NCBI GenBank assembly: GCA_001782805.1
Contig: MFPT01000002.1
Location: forward strand, 5,401-69,400
Length of the DNA stretch: 64,000 bases
Source: Candidatus Magasanikbacteria bacterium RIFCSPHIGHO2_01_FULL_41_23
Lineage (GTDB): Bacteria; Patescibacteriota; Patescibacteriia; Magasanikbacterales; UBA922
Reading direction: 5' to 3'
In this document: in pieces, positions 49,150 through 58,469 of the stretch
Position numbering within the stretch: the stretch's first letter is position 1
How the letters are laid out: every line of letters begins with the position of its first letter
Translations under genes and position numbers: made by a program
The notes under the pieces: model-generated
Seen by the model: only the letters and a program-made list of their open reading frames with translations
Told to the model about the DNA's origin: nothing
Database searches by the model: none

Positions 49150-50539
49150 AATTTTTACTCTTTGTTGTTGATGTAACTTTTGTGATACCTGACGGATTAA
49201 GTGGTTTATTCAACAAGGTAACAGCATCGGGACCACCTAAATATTCGACCGGTAAACCAACCGGAGGTTCCGCTTGTTTGGTGGCGGCTTTGGAAACCAA
49301 CGGAGTTTTAACATGCGACATAGGAAAATGCCAAATCGTCGCCAATTCTTCAATATTCAAAATACAAGTGGGACTTTTGGTATTCATGGAACGCTTGCGA
49401 TAGGCTTCAAATAATTTTGCTGGCTTATCTTTCTTTTTGCCTTTTGGTGCTTCCACGGCGACAATAGAATTGGCACTGGGAATATTATATTGATTAATCG
49501 CTCCCAATAATAAACTAGCTCCACGCCGAGGATTAAATGATTCTTTGCGCGCCACATATACCGCTCGCATTTTTGCCTTAAACGCCAACTTGGTAATTTT
49601 CTGTTCCATCAGCTCAACTATTTTATTTGTTCCCGGAGTTAAACGCACGGTATCAGCATGTTCATCTTCTGCTTCCTCCTTTGGACTGGCTTCGCGATTA
49701 AAAACTTGATCACCAATTAAGACCAAACTTTTCATTAAAAATTCCACAAATTTATCGCCGATATTTTCCATCGTATCATGCTCGGCAATTCCCAGTACTT
49801 CCTTTACTTTATTTATTGCGCCTTCTTTCCAATCATTATTGATTGGCTCAACCAATATCTGCCACCACATTTGCTCGCCCGGACCCAAACGAGTAAAACT
49901 TTCCAAAAAAGTTCCCATCGGATCTTTTAAGACCGTATCTTTGGAAATTGAATGCTCAAATTCGCGATAGGATCGAAGCGGATACGCACTATGCTCGGCC
50001 AAACCAAAATCGTTAACCCATAAATCATGGGTTTCATTCGGAAATTTTTCCGGAACCAAATGTACATAATCTTCAATTTCGGTAATTTCCGCATCCGGAT
50101 ATTGCGCATAAATTGACGCCTCCACCAAATCGCGAAAAACCGATTCAGTCCAAACAACAAATTGAATGTAACCCTCGATACTGACAATTTCAAAACTAAA
50201 CCAGCGTTGAACATAGCCGTCTTTAATTTTTTCCTTAAGTCCGGATGGTGCCAACGCACCCGCCACATGCGAAAATAACTGTTCAACCGCCATTGGTGTC
50301 TGTACATTTAAAGCTGGAATATCAATGGCTAAAATCACTGGTTTCCAATCATGAACATATTTTTCTTCTTTCAATTCAATAAAAAAATGCAAAGCCTGAC
50401 TAAAGATCGGTCCGATCATCAAAAGCCAGCCCATGACCGCAAACCATTCAATGGCTATGACGACAACACCTTGAGCCAAAAAAAAATTCAAGGCATGGAC
50501 AATAGTTGCGCCGTCAATAGCAAAAAAACCAAAGTCCAT
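49094..50539 (-). CDS. Membrane-anchored hypothetical protein, paralog of the N-terminal domain of the VirD4-like ATPase (30193-32700)
   Basis: IYAQYPDAEITEIEDY...YPLRSYREFEHS...FLESFTRLGPGEQMWWQILVEP aligns with ITAQYPYAQVEQIPDY...LPFRTYKTMDSD...ILAKIHDHKSTAAIQYVIRP of the ATPase protein. No Walker motifs. The 3' end overlaps the convergent gene 48577-49149 by 56 nt. Confidence 0.55.
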   Translation of the reverse strand: MDFGFFAIDGATIVHALNFFLAQGVVVIAIEWFAVMGWLLMIGPIFSQALHFFIELKEEKYVHDWKPVILAIDIPALNVQTPMAVEQLFSHVAGALAPSGLKEKIKDGYVQRWFSFEIVSIEGYIQFVVWTESVFRDLVEASIYAQYPDAEITEIEDYVHLVPEKFPNETHDLWVNDFGLAEHSAYPLRSYREFEHSISKDTVLKDPMGTFLESFTRLGPGEQMWWQILVEPINNDWKEGAINKVKEVLGIAEHDTMENIGDKFVEFLMKSLVLIGDQVFNREASPKEEAEDEHADTVRLTPGTNKIVELMEQKITKLAFKAKMRAVYVARKESFNPRRGASLLLGAINQYNIPSANSIVAVEAPKGKKKDKPAKLFEAYRKRSMNTKSPTCILNIEELATIWHFPMSHVKTPLVSKAATKQAEPPVGLPVEYLGGPDAVTLLNKPLNPSGITKVTSTTKSKNFTTDSGEVIEYDNWYENL

Positions 50540-50540
50540 A

Positions 50541-50711
50541 TTAATGATGGTGGAGACGATTGATTATAATAAAATAAACTACGAGTACGAGCGGAGTGGC
50601 AAACCACCAACCATAAATTCCCGCGATATAACCGCCGGCGTAGGCCACGCCACACAGGATGGTACACAAAAAAGCAATTATTTTTTTTAATTTATCTTCT
50701 GACATGGACAT
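50541..50711 (-). CDS. Small membrane protein (56 aa), translationally coupled to the downstream gene
   Basis: Translated by hand: MSMSEDKLKKIIAFLCTILCGVAYAGGYIAGIYGWWFATPLVLVVYFIIINRLHHH. Its stop codon overlaps the ATG of ORF 49094-50539 (TAATATG). It falls below the ORF-track size cut-off. Confidence 0.3.
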   Translation of the reverse strand: MSMSEDKLKKIIAFLCTILCGVAYAGGYIAGIYGWWFATPLVLVVYFIIINRLHHH

Positions 50712-50783
50712 ATAATACAATTATATTTATAAATAGCGCTCAATATAATTGTATTATACCACACTTATGAAATGAATCGAAGA

Positions 50784-51692
50784 TTATTTACTCCGATCCC
50801 ACTTTTCCCAGGCCACCAACAGTGGAGCGGCCAAAAACACCGATGAATAGGCGCTGATAATAATTCCCAAAATCAATGCCAAAGAAAATGTAAAGATGGA
50901 TTCATCGCCATAAACCAGTAAAGCAATGAAAACCAACAAAATAGTAAACGAGGTATTCAGCGATCGCCACAGAGTTTCATTTAAGGCATTATTCGCGAGC
51001 AGAGCAAAATCATTAACTTTACGACGGATTAAATTTTCGCGAATGCGATCCAAAACAACAATATTGTCATTGACGGAATAACCTAGAATGGTCAACAAAG
51101 CGACGACGAAGGGAATGTCCACTTGAACATCATAAAAGCGGCCGAGAATCGCAAAAATTCCCACCGTAATTCCCACATTATGAATTAAAGAGATAATCGT
51201 GGATATCCCGAATTTCCAAGACTGAACCGGATGCGAAACATTTCTGAATGAATACGCCACATACAAAATTACGGTCAAAGCCACGGCAAAAATAGCCATT
51301 ATGGAACGTTTTTTAAGAGTGGAACTAACTGCCGGTCCAATGGTTTGAATCCGTTCTTCTATAACTTTGTTATCAGCAGTTTCATGCACACTCTTAATCT
51401 TACTCAAAATTTTCTGATGTTCATCTTCGGTAATAAAACGTAATTTAAGCGAATAGCCTTTTTCACCGCTTGGCTGAACTAAGATTGAACCAACTTCGGG
51501 AACAGTGCTCAGTGTGGATTGGATGGCTGATAATTCCGGTCGAACAGTGGTAAAGATGACAGCCATTTGCGAGCCGCCGGTAAAATCAATACTGGGCTTA
51601 AGACCAAAAATAATAAGAGCGGCTGCGCTAAGCGCCACCATGATACTGGAAATCGTGAAAAAAATATTTCGTTTAGCAATGATGTTAAGCAT
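50784..51692 (-). CDS. secF: Protein-export membrane protein SecF
   Basis: SecF architecture of six TM helices with a periplasmic loop after TM1, adjacent to secD. Confidence 0.9.
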   Translation of the reverse strand: MLNIIAKRNIFFTISSIMVALSAAALIIFGLKPSIDFTGGSQMAVIFTTVRPELSAIQSTLSTVPEVGSILVQPSGEKGYSLKLRFITEDEHQKILSKIKSVHETADNKVIEERIQTIGPAVSSTLKKRSIMAIFAVALTVILYVAYSFRNVSHPVQSWKFGISTIISLIHNVGITVGIFAILGRFYDVQVDIPFVVALLTILGYSVNDNIVVLDRIRENLIRRKVNDFALLANNALNETLWRSLNTSFTILLVFIALLVYGDESIFTFSLALILGIIISAYSSVFLAAPLLVAWEKWDRSK

Positions 51693-51706
51693 ACAATCAG
51701 TTTACA

Positions 51707-53752
51707 TTATTTTTTTGAACCCAAGAAAAGCCAACTGCCTTCATTTTTAAACCAAGGCACAATAAAGCGAACCATAACTCTCGTAACAGTAATAGCCGTA
51801 AACAAACTCACGAGCGTACCAATAATCAACGTTAAGGCAAAACCTTTCACAAAACTACTGCCAAACCAAATCAAAATTACCGAAGTGATAAGCGTAGCCG
51901 CGTTTCCATCCCGAATTGAAGTCCACGCGCGCAAAAATCCTTCTTCCACTGCCAGGCGCAAACTTTTGCCCTGCTGCAATTCTTCTTTGAGACGTTCAAA
52001 AATAAGGACATTGGCGTCAATTGCCACACCGAGTGACATGATGAAACCGGCAATCCCAGCCAAGGTAATAGTAACACCTAAAAGTTTAAATATAACCAAG
52101 GTCAAAGCAGTGTATAAACACAATGACACCACGGAAATAAGGCCGGGCAAACGATAAACCGCGATCATAAAAATCATAATTACCGCCAGACTCATAGCAC
52201 CAGCTTTAAGACTTTTTGCCAATGATTCCGCGCCCAAAGTAGCGCCGATTGCTTGTTGGGAAATTAATTCCACAGGAACGGGTAAAGCGCCAGCATTCAA
52301 ACGTTGTGCCAAAATCTTGGCTTCTTGAAATGAAAAACGACCGGAAATAACCGCGTTGCCATCAGGAATTACCGTATTTACATTGGGCGTGCTAATTGGA
52401 AAACCATCAAGAAAAATTGCGATTGGTTTTTGCAAATTACGCGTGGTTAATTCCTTAAACAATTGCGCGCCTTCGCTATTAAATTTCAATGAAACTTGAA
52501 CTCCTCCCGTTTGCTGATCCGTGACAACTTCGGCTCGCTGAAGCTGTTTACCGGAAAGTCCGGTTGATTTCCATTGCTGATTTGGACCCAAAATATCCAC
52601 AGCTGTTTTGGTGCGAATTAAAATCCGTGAAATTTCATATTCTTTTTCTTGACGAGCATCACGTTTATAAATCAAGTGATAGCCAAAAGCAGTTTCAATT
52701 GGACCAATAATTGTTCCTTTTGTTGCCTCAAAAGCAGCTGAAGCAAATTCTGGAACCATTTTTTCTTTGGTAAAATAGCCCAAATCACCACCTGTAGCTT
52801 TATTAGAGAGATCGCTGGAATTTTCTTTGGCCAATTGGGCAAAGTTTTTTGGAGTGGCTTTTTTAAATAATGTTTCAGCTTTATTTTTGGCTTCTTCTTT
52901 GGTCAATCGTCCTTCACAATTTTTGGAGCCAAGCCAACAAATCAAAATATGACTCGCTTGAACTTCTGGCTGACCATCACGTTCACTGCCACGCTTAACA
53001 ATATTAAATCCTTGCGGAGTTTGGATTAAATCTTTGCTAATTGTATTACTCGTACTTGTGTTTACTTGATTTTTTGCCCAGGCATACAATTCTTTGACCG
53101 GCTCAATATCAGGAATAAAACCAATCAAGCCTGCATTGTCTTTGGTTTCCGATTCTTCCGATGCTGAGACCAGACTTTCAAATGATTCACCTTTATTCAA
53201 ACGTTCCAAAAGCGCGTTAGCCTTATTTTTGGCATTGACATTATAATCAATAATTGATTGTTGTTCTTCATCAGTCAAAGGACGATCGATTCGGGATCCT
53301 TCTTCTTTAAATTCCAAAGTGGGAGTTTCCCCAATCATTTTTATGGCTTGGTTCACATCGGTCACACCCGGTAATTCAATATTTACTCGATAAGTATTGT
53401 CAATTTGTGAAGTCTGTACATTGGCCTCGGCCACTCCGAGACCATTCACGCGGCGCTCAATGACATCGCGCACGCCTTCTACAGCCAGAGCTTGTTTGTT
53501 TGCTTCAATTCCCGTTAGATCAGTTTTATAAATTAATTGAACACCGCCTTGCAAATCCAAACCCAGACGAAATGATTTTTCCGGAACGTTGGGTAGACCG
53601 ATTTTTACTTTATCATTAATAAAATTGATTCCCTTGTTGGCATATTGAGGCGCGGCAATAGCCACGGTAATTAGCAATAAACCAAAAATACCAACTATTC
53701 CCCAGCGCAGATTGGCGCGGGTCTTGCCAAAAGAGACACTATTTATATTCAT
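51707..53752 (-). CDS. secD: Protein-export membrane protein SecD with a tandem parvulin (PpiC-type PPIase) insertion in the periplasmic head domain
   Basis: The SecD P1 motifs (LGLDLQGG, VIERRVNGLGVAEANV, ELPGVTD, TPTLEF) and the C-terminal SecD TM bundle are present. Between them lies about 240 aa containing a canonical parvulin domain (ASHILI...GGDLGYFTKEKMVPEF...IETAFGYHLIYK). It is preceded by a degenerate parvulin-like repeat (LLERLNKGESFESLVSASEE...GLIGFI...TPQGFNIVK). Confidence 0.9.
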   Translation of the reverse strand: MNINSVSFGKTRANLRWGIVGIFGLLLITVAIAAPQYANKGINFINDKVKIGLPNVPEKSFRLGLDLQGGVQLIYKTDLTGIEANKQALAVEGVRDVIERRVNGLGVAEANVQTSQIDNTYRVNIELPGVTDVNQAIKMIGETPTLEFKEEGSRIDRPLTDEEQQSIIDYNVNAKNKANALLERLNKGESFESLVSASEESETKDNAGLIGFIPDIEPVKELYAWAKNQVNTSTSNTISKDLIQTPQGFNIVKRGSERDGQPEVQASHILICWLGSKNCEGRLTKEEAKNKAETLFKKATPKNFAQLAKENSSDLSNKATGGDLGYFTKEKMVPEFASAAFEATKGTIIGPIETAFGYHLIYKRDARQEKEYEISRILIRTKTAVDILGPNQQWKSTGLSGKQLQRAEVVTDQQTGGVQVSLKFNSEGAQLFKELTTRNLQKPIAIFLDGFPISTPNVNTVIPDGNAVISGRFSFQEAKILAQRLNAGALPVPVELISQQAIGATLGAESLAKSLKAGAMSLAVIMIFMIAVYRLPGLISVVSLCLYTALTLVIFKLLGVTITLAGIAGFIMSLGVAIDANVLIFERLKEELQQGKSLRLAVEEGFLRAWTSIRDGNAATLITSVILIWFGSSFVKGFALTLIIGTLVSLFTAITVTRVMVRFIVPWFKNEGSWLFLGSKK

Positions 53753-53812
53753 AAAAATTAACTAAAAGTGGGGCTACTGTACCGAATTTTAGGGAATACG
53801 TCAAGGATGCAA

Positions 53813-56572
53813 TTAGGCTCCATGACACTTCTTAAACTTTTTGCCTGAGCCACAATAACACGGTTCATTGCGTCCGATTTTTTGTTCAGGATCTGAAGAT
53901 TGTTTGTGCGCCAATTCCGCGACTTCACCCGCGGTTTTTTCCGCTCCGGACATTTGCAAGTTAGCATTTTCCATAATTGATGGCGCAATGTGCACACCAA
54001 TACCGATTTTGAAAAAACTGTAGACGACTTCTTTTTGGATGTCGGAAAGCAATTGATGAAACATGGTGAAACTTTGTTTTTTATATTCAATCAAGGGATC
54101 GCGTTGGCCATAGCCTTGGAGTCCGATTCCCGCACGCAAATAATCAATGGCCACCAAATGATCCACCCAAAAAGTATCAATAGCGCGGAGCAAAATCCCT
54201 TTTTGCAATTCCAAAAACATTTGTTTGGCATGTTCCGGAACAGGAAACTTATCATTGACTTCTGTTTGTAAAGCATCAAAAGCCAATTTGGCTTTTTCCA
54301 GTAAATGTTTAACAATTGAATCGCGCGTTGTGACATCGTCAAAATTACTTGTCCCCCGTGCGGCGGAAAAAGACAGTAATTTTTCTTTATCACTTTCTTC
54401 AAGAGGAAAAATCGTCCGCACGGTTTCATAAATTTCAACCACATTCCAATCCCCGGCCTCCACCGCATTGGTATGAAAAGAAACCACTGATTCAATTTCA
54501 TGTTCAATATCTTCATTGATCATCGCACCAAGTTCGGCAATGGCGTTTTCCCGTCGCGCGACATCCAGAATTTTTCGTCGCTTTTCATAAATCACCGTGC
54601 GTTGTTTATTTAAAACATCATCGTATTCCAGTAAATGTTTGCGGATGTCAAAATTATGCGCTTCCACTTTTTTCTGCGCGTTTTCCAAAAGTGACGTGAG
54701 CATTTTTTGTTCAATCGGCATGTCATCCGGAACATTCAGCCGTGTCATGACTGATTTTAAACGATCGCCACCAAAAATGCGCATCAGATCATCTTCGGTG
54801 GAAACAAAAAACTGGGTCATGCCCGGATCCCCTTGGCGAGCCGCACGACCGCGCAGCTGATTATCAATGCGACGTGATTCATGACGTTCGGTGCCAAGCA
54901 CAAACAAGCCACCAGCCTTATTCACTAATTCAATATCAGCGGGAATAGCGGGGACACCGCCCAATTTAATATCCACACCGCGTCCGGCCATATTCGTGGC
55001 CAGTGTTACCGCGTCCGGCCGTCCGGCTTGCGCGATAATTTCTCCTTCTCGTTCATGATTTTTGGCATTTAAAATTTCATGCGGGATTTCCAGCGCATGC
55101 AAATATTCAGACAGACGTTCATTTTTTTCCACAGAAATCGTGCCGATTAAAACCGGTTGATTTTTCGTCCGACATTCTTTAATAATTTCCGCAACAGCCT
55201 GGAATTTTCCGGCTTCAGTCTTATAAATCCGATCCGGACGATCAGTGCGTTGATCAATTTTATTCGTAGGAATGGTAACCACTTCCAAATGATAAATTTT
55301 AAATAATTCTTCGGCTTCGGTCGCCGCAGTGCCCGTCATGCCGGACAATTTGCCATACATGCGAAACAAATTTTGAAAAGTAATCGTGGCCAAAGTTTGG
55401 CTTTCTTTTTGGATCGCTAATTTTTCTTTGGCTTCCAAAGCTTGATGCAAGCCTTCGGAATACCGTCGCCCAGGCATTTTGCGGCCGGTAAATTCATCGA
55501 TAATAATAATTTCATTGCCTTCCACAATATAATCGCGGTCACGCTTAAATAAAACTTGAGCTTTCAGTGCTTGTTCAATATGATGAATCGTGCGAATTCC
55601 GCCCTCTTCGTAGATATTGGCGATTCCCAGCCATTGTTCAAATTTAGTAATGCCGTTTTCAGTTAATGTAGAACTGTGCATTTTTTCATCAAGGTTATAA
55701 TCACCTTGATCTAGACTTGCTTGTTCTGGCTTATTCCGAGTAGATCCAAGAAAACCTTCTTGAGGGGTAGCAGATTTATTTTCCTTAAGTTGCCGTACCA
55801 AATCCGCAAAGCGATAATACTCTTCTGTGGCTTCTTCGGCCGGAGCGGAAATAATCAACGGAGTCCGCGCTTCATCAATTAAAATGGAATCAACTTCATC
55901 CACAATGGCAAAGTTCATCTCTGTTCCCGGACGCATGACCATTTCGCCGAGATCCGGCACCATGTTATCACGCAAATAATCAAAACCGAATTCATTATTC
56001 GTGCCATACGTAATATCACAGCGATAGGCTTCTTGGCGCGTGCTGAGACGCAAAAATTCATCTTCAACCGTGACATCATAAATAAATGAAACCCGTTGAT
56101 TCTGAATAATTCCGACAGTCATTCCCAACCAATCATAAATTTTTCCCATCCAGACCGCGTCGCGTTTGGCCAAATAATCATTGACTGTTACCAAATGAAC
56201 CCCTTTGCCAGCTAGGGCATTTAGATATACAGGCAAAGTGGCCACCAAAGTTTTGCCTTCACCCGTCCGCATTTCCGCGATCATACCACGATGCAGAACA
56301 ATTCCGCCGATCATTTGCACATCATAATGACGCATGCCAGTAGCGCGTTTACTGGCTTCGCGCACAACGGCAAAAGCTTCGGGCAAAATCGCCTCCAGTG
56401 TCTCGCCTTTTGTCAAACGTTCTTTAAATTCCGGGGTTTTTGCCTTTAATTGTTCATCCGACAAAACCGAAACTAGGGATTCAAAACCATTAATTTCCGC
56501 AACAATCGGCTGCAGTTTTTCCACCAAGCGACGATTTCCCGGACCAAAATATTTTTTAAATAAACTAATCAT
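53813..56572 (-). CDS. secA: Preprotein translocase ATPase SecA
   Basis: DEAD-like motor motifs, preprotein cross-linking domain, and the C-terminal zinc-binding tail CYCGSGKKFKKCHG. Confidence 0.95.
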   Translation of the reverse strand: MISLFKKYFGPGNRRLVEKLQPIVAEINGFESLVSVLSDEQLKAKTPEFKERLTKGETLEAILPEAFAVVREASKRATGMRHYDVQMIGGIVLHRGMIAEMRTGEGKTLVATLPVYLNALAGKGVHLVTVNDYLAKRDAVWMGKIYDWLGMTVGIIQNQRVSFIYDVTVEDEFLRLSTRQEAYRCDITYGTNNEFGFDYLRDNMVPDLGEMVMRPGTEMNFAIVDEVDSILIDEARTPLIISAPAEEATEEYYRFADLVRQLKENKSATPQEGFLGSTRNKPEQASLDQGDYNLDEKMHSSTLTENGITKFEQWLGIANIYEEGGIRTIHHIEQALKAQVLFKRDRDYIVEGNEIIIIDEFTGRKMPGRRYSEGLHQALEAKEKLAIQKESQTLATITFQNLFRMYGKLSGMTGTAATEAEELFKIYHLEVVTIPTNKIDQRTDRPDRIYKTEAGKFQAVAEIIKECRTKNQPVLIGTISVEKNERLSEYLHALEIPHEILNAKNHEREGEIIAQAGRPDAVTLATNMAGRGVDIKLGGVPAIPADIELVNKAGGLFVLGTERHESRRIDNQLRGRAARQGDPGMTQFFVSTEDDLMRIFGGDRLKSVMTRLNVPDDMPIEQKMLTSLLENAQKKVEAHNFDIRKHLLEYDDVLNKQRTVIYEKRRKILDVARRENAIAELGAMINEDIEHEIESVVSFHTNAVEAGDWNVVEIYETVRTIFPLEESDKEKLLSFSAARGTSNFDDVTTRDSIVKHLLEKAKLAFDALQTEVNDKFPVPEHAKQMFLELQKGILLRAIDTFWVDHLVAIDYLRAGIGLQGYGQRDPLIEYKKQSFTMFHQLLSDIQKEVVYSFFKIGIGVHIAPSIMENANLQMSGAEKTAGEVAELAHKQSSDPEQKIGRNEPCYCGSGKKFKKCHGA

Positions 56573-56615
56573 AAATAATTCAAAAAATAAAAAATTCTGT
56601 CAAAAACAGACGGTC

Positions 56616-56648
56616 GGATTATACCACTGCTTTTGCGGTCTGTCTATA
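56616..56648 (-). promoter_or_regulatory. Candidate sigma70 promoter for secA (extended -10)
   Basis: On the minus strand: TAGACA -17 nt- TGgTATAAT, about 45 nt upstream of the secA ATG. Confidence 0.4.
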
Positions 56649-57049
56649 CCAAAAATTTGACAAAATAAGTCAAATATGGAAAAATCAGCGCGATGGGATG
56701 TGTGAGGACACGACCCATCACAAACTCCGGTAAAAAAAGGCGACAATGCAACACTATACGCGGCCAAAAGCACATCGCCAGAAAAAAAAGGAAATTCACG
56801 AGGAGGTTGAAACTCCGCAAAAATGCGGGAACGCTGTCTGTGCAGTAGCCACTGTGACCGAAGCGGACAACTGTCCCAAATGTTCCCACCTCTACGATTT
56901 TGGGGTTGGATACAGTGGCTGTCATTGTCGGGTATGTTGGAAATCCAGAAAACTATAAAAGGAGAAGATTACTGCCTCGCACACAATGTCGGGGCCAACA
57001 AAAAAAACAATTCCCACTGTACAAAATACAGCGGGTTTTTTAGAAAAAT

Positions 57050-57397
57050 TTATTCTTCTTTGTATTCCTTATTTTGCCGAATTTTCTTCTTATCGCGCGC
57101 CAAAGTTTTTTCTTTGACTGTTTCCAATTCAATTTTCAAATGATCTTTGACTTTGTCAATGGCTTTATACAAATCTTCCGCCTCTTTCACCACGCGAATC
57201 ATCGTGCCGGGAACAGACATATTAACTTCCGCATAATATAGCTTGCCTTTTTGGTGATGATGCGTCCGCAGGCCAATGTCAATTTCCACTTTGGTTACTT
57301 TGGCAAAAAATTTTTCCAAAGAACCGATTTTTTCCAATGTGTAAGTTTTGATAGCTTCTGTTAAATCAATACCCGTGCCGTGAATCGTTGTGATCAT
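57050..57397 (-). CDS. hpf: Ribosome hibernation promoting factor (RaiA/HPF, S30AE family)
   Basis: MITTIHGTGIDLTEAIKTYTLEKIGSLEKF...AEVNMSVPG is the canonical HPF short form. Confidence 0.85.
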   Translation of the reverse strand: MITTIHGTGIDLTEAIKTYTLEKIGSLEKFFAKVTKVEIDIGLRTHHHQKGKLYYAEVNMSVPGTMIRVVKEAEDLYKAIDKVKDHLKIELETVKEKTLARDKKKIRQNKEYKEE

Positions 57398-57429
57398 AAA
57401 ATTAAATTAAGAAAATAAATGGATAAAAA

Positions 57430-58413
57430 TCAAATAATTTGTATTTCCTCCTCGAGGATTACCCCAATTTCAGTATATACTTTTTCTTTTATCTGTTCAA
57501 CCAATCTAATCACATCAACCGCGGACGCTCCACCCAAATTGACCACAAAATTCCCATGAGTTTCACTCACTTTTGCTTGGCCAATCTGTATTCCTTTCAT
57601 GCCGGCCTTTTCCACCAGCCAGCCAGCGGATATTTTACCGATGGCAAAAAACTTGGCAATTTTTTCCGAATCTTCGGGAAATTTATCAAGCAAATTCTGT
57701 TTTAAATTAAACTGATTCTTGTTTTCCCATTCGTGATTTTTAATTTCATAATTTTTGAAAATACAACCGGTGGAAGAAAATCCTTGCGGTTGTGTTTTAT
57801 TGCGGTATTGCAGATATTCCAGAGCTTTTTTCCGGCCATTTTGATCAGCGGTTTTTTTGAGCGTTAATTCAACTGACAAAATAACATCGGAATTATTTTT
57901 GAAAATACTATCGCGATAACCAAATTTACATTCAGGATTACTTAATTCTATAACCTCGCCATCGCGATACACTGTAACTTTTTTGACAGAATCTCTGATT
58001 TCCCCGCCCATAGCACCCGCGTTGCCACGAACTGCTCCGCCAATCGTTCCTGGTACGCCGACTCCCCACTCAAAACCCGTCAATCCTGTTTGCAAGGAAA
58101 GTTGTGCGATCGCAACCGTAATGCAGCCGGCTTCGGCCATAATTTCCATATCTCGCACTTCTGATTTTTGGGTTTTAATATGAACAACCACACCATGAAA
58201 ACCAGTATCAGCCGCGAGCATGTTACTGCCGCCGCCAATAATAAAATAAGCAATTCCTTGTCCATCCAAAAAACGCAAAAGTCCGATTAATTGTTCTGTT
58301 TCCGAAACTGTCACAAAATATTCAGCCAATCCGCCGATTTTAAACGTCGTATGTTTGGCCAATGGTTCATTGCTTTTAACCGCGCCAAAATTTTGAAGAT
58401 CTTTATACAGCAT
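57430..58413 (-). CDS. murB: UDP-N-acetylenolpyruvoylglucosamine reductase
   Basis: FAD-binding motifs KHTTFKIGG and GGGSNML, and the C-terminal MurB domain. Confidence 0.9.
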   Translation of the reverse strand: MLYKDLQNFGAVKSNEPLAKHTTFKIGGLAEYFVTVSETEQLIGLLRFLDGQGIAYFIIGGGSNMLAADTGFHGVVVHIKTQKSEVRDMEIMAEAGCITVAIAQLSLQTGLTGFEWGVGVPGTIGGAVRGNAGAMGGEIRDSVKKVTVYRDGEVIELSNPECKFGYRDSIFKNNSDVILSVELTLKKTADQNGRKKALEYLQYRNKTQPQGFSSTGCIFKNYEIKNHEWENKNQFNLKQNLLDKFPEDSEKIAKFFAIGKISAGWLVEKAGMKGIQIGQAKVSETHGNFVVNLGGASAVDVIRLVEQIKEKVYTEIGVILEEEIQII

Positions 58414-58469
58414 AGTGCTTTAGCATTATCCTTGCAAAAAATGAATTTTTGAGTATACTTTAATCCAAT

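Noticed and set aside
51567-52157. 196-aa plus-strand ORF
   Set aside because: It is antisense to the conserved C-terminal TM region of secD.
53758-54516. Minus-strand ORFs 53758-54090 and 54091-54516, and the plus-strand ORFs within 53990-56660
   Set aside because: They are alternative frames or antisense inside secA, which is validated by multiple motifs and its zinc tail.
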